In this document: positions 52,886 through 64,000 of the stretch, in pieces | Layout of the letters: each line of letters starts with the position of its first letter | How positions within the stretch are numbered: the first letter of the stretch is position 1 | Origin: Lingula anatina | Lineage: Eukaryota; Animalia; Brachiopoda | DNA: 64,000 nt | Assembly: GCA_051362555.1 (NCBI GenBank) | Contig: CM120649.1 | Location: forward strand, 8,804,001-8,868,000 | Reading direction: 5' to 3' | Notes under the pieces: model-generated | What the model was told of the DNA's origin: nothing | The model's database searches: none | What the model saw: the letters and a program-made list of their open reading frames with translations, nothing else | Translations under genes and position numbers: made by a program

Positions 52886-53771
52886 AGGCTGGGTCCCAAC
52901 CCAACGTACGGGCTGCTAAGTGTGGTCTACGGCCAAATTTGGGGAAAACGTGGGATTTCGTGCGTTAGGAGCACGTCCATTGTGCAACTTTTGGAGGTCG
53001 CAGGCAGCACGTAGAAATTTTTCGACATGATCAACAGCCGCTGCGTGCGGTCCACGAATTCTCAGAAAATGGAAAATGTACGACATGCGAACGTGTAGCG
53101 TTCGCCTGTCATCCGCCTGTCGTACGGGACACGCGAGGAAGTTATTTTTTCCACTGCACTTACGGTGCGTGTGATGCACGTGGTTAAGGTGCCCGTTGCA
53201 CGCACTTATTTCTTGTTCCCTCCGTGCTCACTCCTCACTTCCACGCTCCCACCGTGTGGACCTCACGGGCTTCGTGCAAGTTGAATGCGTAGTGGTCACT
53301 CCATGCGCACGGACCGTGAGTTTAAAAGGACGGGCATGAACGGAAAAGCATTATTTCTGCCTTTGACGTCAAGTTTTAAAATGGCTAAAAAGACAACAAA
53401 GAGCAAGAGGGGGAGAGTTGGATCGGGGACAGGTATGATTGGGGTCACCATCCTTGAACACTGCTGGGGATATAATGATCTCCTCAAACATGCACTGTTA
53501 TTATACCCTCCCAAATACATCTCAAGCAAGTAAGTCAGCAAGACTCCCTACTTCCACTTGCGTTGCCCATGCGTTGCTCGTACTCCTAGTACGGATAACG
53601 TACGTAGTGCACGATGTTTGTACTTTGCATGTACGGGGGCGCGCGGGACACGTGCTTGCAATCACCAATTACTTGATTCCTTCCCTGTGATCTAGCTACG
53701 GCCCAGCCAGATGAGCGGAACCTAAAAAAACGTACGATCTGAAAATCATGCGTGGAGTCGGGACCCAGGCT
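52886..53771. mobile_element. PIF/Harbinger-like non-autonomous element, CpG-rich
   Basis: TIR aggctgggtccc / gggacccaggct, with TAA on both sides. No recognisable transposase. Confidence 0.7.
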
Positions 53772-54275
53772 TAATGTGTGTGTGTGGGGGGGGGGAGGGG
53801 GGGATTATCATCATTATTTTCAGAAACTAGTCAATTTCTGGGCAAAAATGCAAAAAATCACACCTGCCTTATTAAAAAAAGATTAAAGCGGCTATAAACG
53901 AAAGCATTTGGTGTAAAGATTTACGTTCTACTAAAGCTTAAGCTACATTTTTCACAGACGCCGTACGATGAAGTAGAAATTAATTTTCCGTATTTTTGCA
54001 CCGTAAGTGTCTATGGACTAGCATGTTTACGTTTGGTACGGGCGCCGTACCATTTCTCTCACATGACTTTGAGGTTAAGTAACGGACGCCGCACGAGTAG
54101 GGGCATATGGGCAATACATGTACACGGACACCATACGGACATCGTATGCTTGACAAATGTAACCCAAGATTGGATATTTGAAAAAAATTAACTATATTTG
54201 TCCGGAAATAATGAGTGCAATTTCTAAATGTTTGCGTGGCAACTGAGAGAAATTTTGGTCTTATGTTATGTTATG

Positions 54276-54277
<2 letters not shown>

Positions 54278-54322
<45 letters not shown>

Positions 54323-54323
54323 T
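54278..54323. repeat. (TTTA)n microsatellite
   Basis: Directly visible. Confidence 0.95.
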
Positions 54324-54649
54324 TTGTTGATGTATGTGTGTGTGATATCGGTCCTCTACACATTACAAGTTAAATTCCAGGGATACATATACCCTGTGTT
54401 TACTAATAGGCCTACGTGCCAGCACGCCGCGTTTCATGGAGCTTTCTGATTTAGAGGTAATTTGTCTCCTTGTTGCTGTATGATATAACCATTAAATACG
54501 GGTGCTGTAACCAGATCCGCATATTGATCAATTGGTTTAATTTGTTTTCTAGATTTAACTGTATTGTATTCACAGCCACGTGTATGTGAGTATTACTGAT
54601 ATACAGTCTTTGCCAGTAATTATTATTATTATTATTGCCTTCTACATGT

Positions 54650-54768
54650 ACACTACAACTACTCTTACTCTTACTACTTCTACTACTACTACAACTATTA
54701 CTACTACTACTACTACTACTACTACTACATTATATAGTCCTACTACACTGTACTACAACTACTACATA
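54650..54768. repeat. (CTA)n microsatellite
   Basis: Directly visible. It explains the poly-T and poly-L ORFs. Confidence 0.95.
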
Positions 54769-54808
54769 TAGGCCTACTGGCTCTACAACTTACACTGCTC
54801 CACAGGTA

Positions 54809-55796
54809 GGGGAGAGCGGGGCTAGTTGGCCCAGTGAGGCACTTATGGCCTTGTAGAGCCAACTAGGAATGAGTTAGAGTAACAAATCCGGTTTCAAAGT
54901 AACCCGCATGAAGTTGGCTATGTATGCAACGTCATTATTTTTCAGATGTAATACCAGATGGCTCACAATTTGACAAAAAAAAAAGCAACTGACGTCAGGG
55001 GGGCCAACTTGCCCCGTGGCGGGGCAAGTTGGCCCCCTATACGAAAATGAAGTAAATATCGCATGTAAACGCCTTGAAATACATTTTTACACATCTTTAA
55101 TTTATTAGATTGATTTTTGAGAGTCTTTGATAAACAAAAAGTTCAAATGAGGCAGATTTATTGTCACTTTGTATGTGTTGCAACAACCAAAATATCTATC
55201 AATAAAATTTGTTTTGTTTTAATTGAGAATAAATTTATAATGGTATAAAGCAGGTTTTTGAATGAAAACGAATAATAAATGTTCGTTTTAAAAGAAACTA
55301 ACAAATTCAGTTTTAAACTGGTAATTATTTGTTTCAACAATGATCTGTAGCTCTGTTGCCCGCAAAGGATTGTGGGTAATATGGTCCAACTTGCCCCGAG
55401 CCAAGGGGGCCAACTAGCCCCAGGTGCACAATTTTTAGATTTGAGGATTGCAGTCGTTTGTGGTGCAAGAATGGACTACATTAATACATTAATTGATTTG
55501 AGTAAATTTTGAAATAGTTAGCTTTAGTCTGATGTCCTATACATATACTTTATTCGTTCAAAAGCCTATGAAAATAGATTTTTAAATCTCTTAAACAAAA
55601 TTACTTTCAGGTGCAAAAATCGTTTATTTGGCCTCACCGCCTAAGTAAAACTTTTTAACGTCCGACACTTCCTTAGCATTGTAGGCTACGGTCACTTTAC
55701 TAAATGATGTGATCAATTTTTTCACCCCGTAGTTACTTTTTCATAAATTGATGGGGGGCCAACTTACCCCGGGGTCCAACTAGCCCCAGTCTCCCC
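54809..55796. mobile_element. Non-autonomous Tc1/mariner(pogo)-like element with TA TSD
   Basis: TA|ggggagagcggggctagttggccc ... gggtccaactagccccagtctcccc|TA. The motif ggggccaact.gcccc is repeated internally at about 55000-55037, 55383-55421 and 55754-55787. Confidence 0.8.
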
Positions 55797-55844
55797 TATG
55801 CTGAAGTGAGTTTCCAGAAATCTCTTAGACTCAACTTAAACTGC

Positions 55845-55880
55845 GGGACGCAGAAAGGACGCCGTCCAGTGTAAAGGGGG
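55845..55880 (+). mobile_element. Solo right TIR of the 8783/35475 Harbinger-like family
   Basis: gggacgcagaaaggacgccgtccagtgtaaagggg matches 36596-36629. Confidence 0.8.
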
Positions 55881-56845
55881 ATTTAGGGAATCGGCATATT
55901 ACATTCACAGAACGGAGTTAAAGTCTGTCTAAGGAAATGTGCATTTACTTACATGTTAAGTGTGGTGCAGGGAAGGGAATAGATATATTTGAGTTTTATA
56001 TTCAGTAAATGCGACGAAAGATAGTGATTTTCCCTTCCCAAAATAAGCAGAATAAACAAATGCTTCCAACTTGACTTGTTGCTTTATCAAACTTGAGTTT
56101 ATTTACAACAAACAGGCCTATTTTCCGCACTTAAACAGTAAGAGAAGACTAAAAAACAAATTTTGACAAAATCCAAACATTTAATTGTCTAATGACAAAT
56201 GTAATTTTGACACAAGTCAAGACGGTTTTAAGTTTGAGCGTAATTACCTCCGCCGTATGTTTTACTTGTGTATCACGAACTTTATTAAGAAGCGCGTAAT
56301 CGGATGATTATCAATTTATACGATTACAAGTTGTCTTAAAAATTTCCCCGTGAACCACCACGACGAAGAATTGTAGTGACCAAGAAGATTGTAAACTTTG
56401 ATATCTTTTTACTTCTGAATATTTTGACTGTTATGCCTAATTTTCGCTTAAAAGTGAGAGAGAGAGAAAGGGAAAAAATATCCCAATAAAATTCACCCTT
56501 GTCGAACACATATAAATAGAAATGCAGGCAAAAATTTTATGGAAACCTTAGACACGCCTTTTTATTCTACATATCATAATTATAACCTAATATCTTAGGC
56601 GTGCGATTTTCACCCAAAAGTCGTGTCGTCTGCAGCACAACTCTGAAACGCGTTCACTATGTATTCTTCACTCGTGGAATGATTGTGTTAGAGCAGAAAT
56701 TTTCTTTCACACCAGATGACAACGGAAAACTTAAATAAGATTTTTTTAATCACCATGAAAATCATCAAGGCCATCAAAACCATCATCATTACAAATCTTT
56801 GATTTGAACATCACTTCCGGCCAGTCATATATTACTTCAGGGGAC

Positions 56846-57430
56846 TTAATTTGCATATAAGAGAAAAAATTAATTTTTATCTGATTTTGGCTTTTCTTTC
56901 ATTATTTCATTATTTTCAAAAAGTAATGTTCCGTTTTGCTCACAAATCGAGCCACTTTTGATCCACATGCACTGTTTGTAAAAATTATGTAATTAGAAAT
57001 AACAGACGTGTCTAACGTTTTCACTCCACAACCATAAAACTCGACGTTAGCTGCGTGGGTATAAATGTAGGTCAATTGCCTGTATAAAATTGCCATACGA
57101 TTATTGATTTTTTAGTGTGGACCGTTTTAGGGGGGAGACTGAAGTGGAAGATGTATCAAGATACCAGCAAAATATTTTGGTTGCATGGGGTTACTTAAAG
57201 GCAGAGTATATTGCAAACTTTGAAAGAAAAGAGTAAAACAAGCCCACGTCTCCAGCTTCACCATGTAGGACTTTATAGATGCCGCGGTCCCTCTCTTTTT
57301 CATCTGACTCTCCCCAAAAAAATTCAGACCGCGTTAATTGTTGAGCTCCCGGGAAGCGCGGAGCATCCAGCGTGGTGGCAGACGCTGGTGCTCTCTGCAG
57401 ACGGCATATTGCAGTCACACAGGAGGGGGT
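56846..57430 (+). mobile_element. Diverged paralog of 19060-19667
   Basis: Collinear shared blocks, as listed for 19060-19667. Confidence 0.6.
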
Positions 57431-57711
57431 AAAGGTTTTCTAGGGAAATGTTGTATTAAATTAAATCTGACGAATTACGTGATAAAGGAAAGAAATTTGA
57501 CTTATTTGAATTTACATTGACTTAGTGCAATGAAAGACACCGATTCACTGTATTTCTTCTCAAAATTGAGAGAGTAGGGGAAGAAAAGCAAAAGGAGATT
57601 ACCTATCAACCCTATGAATCATTACATGGCATATCCTGTCCGTGAACTTTTGACCTACTTTCGCATAGATTTCACACTCCTACACAAGCTGAGTTTGTAT
57701 GGGGCGTATTG

Positions 57712-57719
57712 GTGTGTGT

Positions 57720-57766
<47 letters not shown>
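57712..57766. repeat. (TG)n followed by a G homopolymer of about 33 nt
   Basis: Directly visible. Confidence 0.9.
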
Positions 57767-57767
<1 letters not shown>

Positions 57768-59439
57768 GGAGAATTCTAATGTGACTGTTCATGTTCGAGA
57801 AGATATGGTATTTCTATTTTGATAATGCTACATCTATAGCATATATTTTGGGTTCATGCACAGTATTACTACACACAGCTAGATTATTTGAACGAAGTCT
57901 GTTGTTTTATACATTTTATATTTTATACAATAAAACATTTGATTTTAAAAGATAGACCTGAATTGAGAGCGTTGGCAACGGGGAAGAGCAGTTTTGATGG
58001 TCTGCACATTCCGCACTTTATTATAATTTTTATCTGATTCGTTTCTTTCATGATGATTTAGCTAGGACAAACAGTGAACTGATGTACAACTTCAATAATT
58101 GGATTTGGCTCCTCCCTCCCCCCCCCCCAACCCGCCAGGGGTCATGTCGATACTCCCCCGCACCGATACTCACCCGCACCGCTAATCCCCCTTAGTAATT
58201 TTTTGCATAATGCGCATCGATAATCCTGCCATACATTGACAAGGTACCGACATTATTTTAAAAATTAATTGAAGCCTAATGCGTAAGTCGTGGGTGTGTA
58301 TAGTCTAATGTATATTCAATTTCATTTGCTTGAAGCTTTATTTGTCGTTCAGATTCCATTTTTAATTTAGAATTATTTTGCCTTCATTCTTTTCATTAAT
58401 TTTTGTTGTATTAATTCTAAAAAGTTATTTTTTTATTTTTAGGTTATAATTGCTTTGTTATAGATAGGTTCATCCAGATTTGTTCATGACTCTCTAAATT
58501 AGTGACAATACCGCCAACAAGAACTCGTTCTCTAGCGCGATGTTTCCTACGTAAGGACTCCTACTTACGGTTTTGATATGTATGTATGCACTGTTTGAAC
58601 TTCGCGCTTCGGACTGCGACTGAAGTATGATGATGGAGATGAAGATGTACGTGCCGAGATTTAACGTTCATTCGAAATGATAATAGATGAAAGAATCCCC
58701 AGCTTTAATTTCAGTTTATTTTCAATGAAAGTTGTTTGATGTCTTATTGATTCATGTGCAGCAGTTCACGATTCACTGCCAGAGAATTCTTGCTTGCCTT
58801 GCTTGTATCTGTAATCAAAACTACAAGCTTAAAGCGCAGATAATTGATAGCTATGTACAGTAATAGAAATAATAGTAATTGAAAATGAAAACGATAGAAA
58901 AAAGCTGTCTTGCGCCCTTAAAGCTCGCATCAAAAACCACCACAGTACAAACAGTCACCATTTTAAAAGGGACACACGCGACACAAGACAAAGACGGATT
59001 GTCGAAAAGAAGCTCATAAAAATATTAGACACTTTAAAAAAGGACTTTATAGAGACAATGAATATCTCAATATTATTCTTGTTTTATTGTTAGGCCTACG
59101 TAATCTTTAAGACGTCAACGTTTATCACTCACTTCCAACTTCGTCCCTTTTCCATGCATCATACGTCACTTATACCAGTACTAAGTAGTTTGCTTGTTTA
59201 TTCTTGTTTTGGTACCTGAAGAAGGTTCACAAGCCAAAAGCTCGGGCATTTTTTTAATCTTTCGGAGTTAATCTTTACAGATGCGTTTTCATTATATATT
59301 TTTTCGTAAAGATACGGAAGATGCGGTCGAATGAAAAAATGCAGTTTTATTTATCAGTCATAACAGTTACACAAAAGAGGTCTATTATCTGATTCTGGTC
59401 CAATTAAGGATGAACTGGTTGAATTCGGCCAGAGACAAC

Positions 59440-59441
<2 letters not shown>

Positions 59442-59476
<35 letters not shown>

Positions 59477-59504
59477 GGAGAGAGAGAGAGAAAGAGAGAG
59501 AGAG
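59442..59504. repeat. (AG)n microsatellite
   Basis: Directly visible. Confidence 0.95.
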
Positions 59505-60189
59505 TACACTCTACCAGAATCTCAGATGGATTTTTCACTAGATATTCACAGATATGTCTAAAATGTAAGGATGTTTTTAATAATTTTTAAAAGAAAGATT
59601 CCTGTTTATGATATGAGCGCAAAGGACGATTGCATTTGTTACGTTATGTAAAAGCAGTATTGACGACAACTATCATCTGAGTCCTCAAGGGGGTCGAACT
59701 CCCAACACGGAGGTACTTTGTGTGATTATTGATAATATATCCTTTTGTCTCTCTCCCTCTTTCTTAGTCTTTCGATGCACACGAAAATTGTTGCATAAGT
59801 TAGATCAGCACTTGTGCTTATCATATTTAAAACACGAAATGCGGACTCAATTTTAAACCTTCGTTACTGTTGCTCGCAACACCATCTCAAATTCGCCCAT
59901 AAGATTATTTTCAATAAAGCAAAAAATTAAGAACTTGTTAGGAAGCAAGTATAATGTCCAACGTCTCAGAAAATGTTTAGAATGTTAAGATATTTAAATA
60001 ACGCAATTAATAACTTGAAGCTACTTTCGCGGTGTCGCCCGGCTTTTAAAAGCTGAGAAATCGTCCATGGCGTATTTTGCTGCAGATCATTTTAATTAAA
60101 ATTTTAGTTGTTTGATGCTTTTGAAATATTTAAGTCATTAATAAAAAATTCATTTTAGTTAAGACAATGACTGAAGGCCTCATTGGATA

Positions 60190-60420
60190 TTTTCCTTTCC
60201 CGTGAAAGCCACTTATCAGTTTCCTAAGATGTTCTTTTTATGTTATTAATAAATAATAAGCGTCATCCATGAAGCGCCCCATTCCCGTGAATCGAGAATA
60301 TTGCGGGATTTTATCCCTCGTCCTCAGTGAAACGAAGTCATTATACTCGGCGATAGTTATTTTCAGCTTGCTGGACTAGCATTTTCAATGAGATATAAAT
60401 AAAGTTTTAATCTAATTTAT
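60190..60420 (+). repeat. Interspersed repeat; uninterrupted paralog of the sequence flanking HINE copy E
   Basis: gtgaaagccactt...ttcccgtga.tcg.gaat...gtgaaacgaagt.attatactcgg matches 44519-44618 joined to 47406-47505. Confidence 0.7.
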
Positions 60421-60758
60421 ATAACTTGTGATTTGATGATTTTTATTTTCCGCGACCGTGAACTGTGATCACTCCCCCCCCCCCCCCCCTTCCCAGCGGT
60501 CCCTCATGATTAACTATATAGACGATATGTTGACAGGGCACAGTCAGATGGTTTACACGAAACACGACAAAACTGCTTTTCTCTTGTGAAGCCATTTGCA
60601 AATCCTTCGTTACCAGGCATTGTGAAACTATAGGCCTACTTGGAATTGAAGAAAAATGTAGACCTTTTGAAAAAATAAACGCGCATATATCTCATATTAG
60701 CCTCCCAGAGCAGTCTATAAAAGTAAAGTACAGGTACTAATAGCTTTGCAGGAAATTA

Positions 60759-60926
60759 CAGGGGCGGATTTAGGCCGTCTTCTGGGTCTTCCGGAAGACG
60801 GTCAGATTTTTAAGTTTATATTGTCCGGCATCTAATGTTTTCTGTCTGAAGACGGTAAAAATTGGAGGATGGATCAACAAAGATAATTTGGAAGGCTGTC
60901 AGAAAATACCTTTGGATCCGCCCCTG
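60759..60926 (+). mobile_element. hAT-like MITE
   Basis: TIR caggggcggat / atccgcccctg. Body is collinear with 47088-47246. TSD is not clean. Confidence 0.8.
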
Positions 60927-61534
60927 TCGGAAATATAGGCAAAAATGACTTAAGAGTACTTTCAAGTATGTTTAGTATATTTTTAAAGGTAATTACTCTA
61001 ACTGTGTAGGTCCTTATAAATGCTCCATCTGCTCATAACTTAAAATTGAGTGTTGTGTTAGCAGTGCAAAGTCGAAGCAAAAAGAAAATATATAATAATA
61101 ACAATAAAAAAAGACAGAATTTAAAATAACCTTTCAGGTAATGATTATATTATCAATCAATAATCAAAAATATCATATCCAAACGAAAAAAAATTAAAAG
61201 ATATAATAACTTGGAACAACGGCGTGCTTCATGTGACCGGATGTACCGAGATGTGACCCAGTATTTACTGCGGGTTTTCTTTGACCTATTAGTCGGGCTT
61301 AGTACGGCGGAGCGGGAACATTTTACACGTTATGAAATAACGTTATACCTAGGACAAGATATATTTACGAGTTACCATAATAGTTTTATCTGAAGCAGTA
61401 GGACATCCCACGATTCCAGCATCCTTTTTAATACATGAAAAGACATTCTTGATGACAGAAGGGTGAGTACTTTGTTGTAGTGATCTGGTACCGGAAGTCT
61501 TGGGATTGAAAGCGACAGTTGGGCGGGGTTTTCA

Positions 61535-61572
<38 letters not shown>

Positions 61573-62675
61573 GTAGGAAGGAGCTGCAGAGACAAGAGGT
61601 AGAGGGTAGACAAAGGGATCTGGTGATCCTAGTGTTATAAGTGTTATTCAGTAGATCTGGATTCCTGGAAACATCTGAGGTAAAACCTAATAAGTACTAG
61701 CAGAGTTAATTAAGTAGCAATAGGGTTTCTATGATCATGATGTACTTGTCTTAGAGCTACTATAAAAGTTATTTGTGTGGATTTTTTGCAGTGTTCACTT
61801 CATCCTTCGTATCTTTATAACTGTCTATTAAGCCATAGTCCTCCAACCGAGTGCAGTAATGGCTTTGCATGTTAGGAACTCGTACATTACATAGCCATGT
61901 ATACTCAGTAGCAACACATTACAGTATTGCAATTGGCCTTCACCATTCTCAAATATAGTGTTGTGTCTCATGTTGAGACATGCTGGACTGCTAAAGATGT
62001 AAAATTACAACAAATGTCCTTCAAAATTTCGTATAGAATGCCAAGCTAAATTGGTAAGAATGATTGTTTCTGTTTTTCATTTATTGTTACTCAACATAAA
62101 ACCCAAATGAACCCATTTTTTTTCATTACATGTATATAGGTGATCTAAGACATCTATGTGTCTACATACAGCCGGTCATGACCAGTTTTGAGGCGCCCGT
62201 TTTGCACAGCACATACTTTCAGTGACTATCCCAGCAATTTTTTCAATGACACTGATGTCATTGGTTATTTTAAGTTTGATTTTTTTTACATGAAGTCATG
62301 GCAAACCATCAGATGCATATTAGCAATTTTTTGAAAGTACAAATAACTGTGAATACGAGGAAGCTGCCAAATTTGACTTTGCCCAGGACCACTGCCAGAA
62401 CTTTTAGACATGACGGGAGTGCGGAGGAACCGTCCTTTTTGCTGGGGAAAAGGTTCCCTCTGGGGAAATTTTTATTTAGGTACACAGTGGTTTCATGGTA
62501 AAAGCTCCACTTTTTTTAGGGAAAAAAAAACTTTTGAAATTGCTGGCTACAGGTCTGTTGAATGTTTATAATGAATGTTTCTTTATTTTTTCAGCTCACA
62601 CAAACAGTTTGACAGTTGGTGTACAGTATCATGTGTCTCTGTAGTGACCTGCTTGATGTGGTCAGTTTGGGATGA

Positions 62676-63817
62676 TGTTATATCTAATACATGGCTGCCG
62701 ATTAGTCACATCTTGACCGGGGCCACCACCTGGTGGATGAGATGGTAATGGGAACGAGTATGAAAGAAGCACATGGCGAGTGAGACCCACGGCACCCGGT
62801 CATAACATTGGTGACGAGGATAAGTAAGAAATATTAACATGGCACAGGGAGAACCACCTGTTCTATATATCCACATAGCAGGAATTGTTCTGCATGTAAC
62901 ACCGTTCAATCCACCGGAAAATAGACTAAATACAGGGCCAGCATGGGAAACATGGCTGGAGGAATTCCAAGAAGAAATGCAGTTGCAAGAAGCAGACAAG
63001 GTAACTTGCCTTAGGCGCTACAGGGGAAAAGAGATTAGAAACAAAATAAAATGCTTGCCAGATCCTCCAGTAATTGAAAGTGAAGAAGGAAATAGGAAAC
63101 CTGAACCTTCACTACAAACCAAAACAAAATAAAATGCATAGTGTTTATGTATTCAATAAAAAACAAGGCTCTCAGGAGAAACCACATCTTCATTCACTGC
63201 CAGGTTGAGAGAAAAAGCTGAACATAATGATTTTGGTAAGAGTGCAGATACTCGTATTTTAGAAAGAATAATTCAGACTATGGATGACAAGCAGATTGTA
63301 ACCAAAGCCATACAAAGAAATTGAGACTTGGGAACTTCAATCCAAGAGGTGGGTCAGAAAGAAGACCGAAACAAAGAAGTTGACAATATGAGAAATGAAT
63401 TCAAAGTGGCAAAAATCTCAGACGGAGATAGAGTCAAACCTAAAGGAAGATACCCACACCTGGTGAAGAAACCTACTAATTAAAAAAAAAATTAATTGAT
63501 ATTTACCATTAAGAACAGATTGCATAGCATACAGCACTCAAGATGTGACTTTATGCAATATGAAAACTGAAAATTCACTAGGATTCAGAATATTCAAGGA
63601 TAATGATTGACAAAGACTGTTTTTTTTTTTTAAGTTTTAAACTTTATATTTTGTAGAAAAAAATTAAGGTTGGGAGGAATGTTATATCCAATACTATTAC
63701 ATGGCTGCTGAATAGTCACGTCTTGACTTGGGCTCCCACCTGGTGGATGACGTGGTAATGGAAACAAGTATGAAAGAAGCACATGGCGAGTGAGACCCAC
63801 GGCACCTGGTCATAACA
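62676..63817 (+). mobile_element. Miniature gag-only Gypsy-type LTR element
   Basis: LTRs 62676-62807 and 63680-63817 (TGTTA...TAACA). 5-bp TSD gatga. PBS tggtgacgagga (62809), resembling the complement of the tRNA-Ser(GCU) 3' end. PPT aaggttgggaggaa before the 3' LTR. Confidence 0.92.
62839..63480 (+). pseudogene. Disrupted Gypsy gag
   Basis: PFNPPENRLNTGPAWETWLEEFQEE, then after stops FTARLREKAEHNDFG..DTRILERIIQT, typical of invertebrate Gypsy Gag. No pol follows. Confidence 0.75.
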
Positions 63818-64000
63818 GATGATATGTATTTGACCAAAGGTGGAGCAGTGGTCATAACCCACCCTCACCCATCACCATGCCAAAAACAACACCTTGCAGG
63901 TAGTGCTCAAAATTATTGTTTGGTTTTGTTTTACAAGTTGTGTTACAATAAGTAATTTGTCTTCTATCCTTCCTGTGTAGATCAACAAACCAGTTATCAT

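Noticed and set aside
53950-54150. Repeated gacgccgtacg-like motifs
   Set aside because: Probably the decayed subterminal region of a DNA transposon. No ends were found.
57734-57766. Long G run as a functional G-quadruplex
   Set aside because: Homopolymer length is unreliable in assemblies, and similar G/C runs are scattered through the window.

Overview
This is AT-rich, repeat-dense eukaryotic genomic DNA, most consistent with a marine invertebrate (mollusc-like; an inference from repeat types only). It is not prokaryotic: there is no operon, CRISPR array or rRNA. I can support no intact protein-coding gene. Nearly all supplied ORFs are by-products of tandem repeats or decayed transposons. 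The window holds three families of Helentron-associated non-autonomous elements (HINE/DINE-type), two of them carrying internal 146-bp or 159-bp satellite arrays, including one self-nested insertion. It also holds an AcademH-like element with a RecQ-helicase remnant and 9-bp TSD inside a 46/55-bp minisatellite, and a three-level nest (LINE > 5-bp-TSD DNA transposon > PIF/Harbinger element). Other elements are Tx1- and L2-like LINE fragments, a 1.14-kb gag-only LTR element with both LTRs, PBS, PPT and TSD, several MITEs, a tRNA-Gly(GCC) pseudogene and two decayed exons resembling the 3' end of HEATR3. The most unusual observation is that two unrelated tandem arrays multiply consensus transcription-factor sites (nuclear-receptor DR1; ZNF143/Staf core). 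Function for these is speculative. All family assignments come from reading by eye and remembered consensus features, with no database search.
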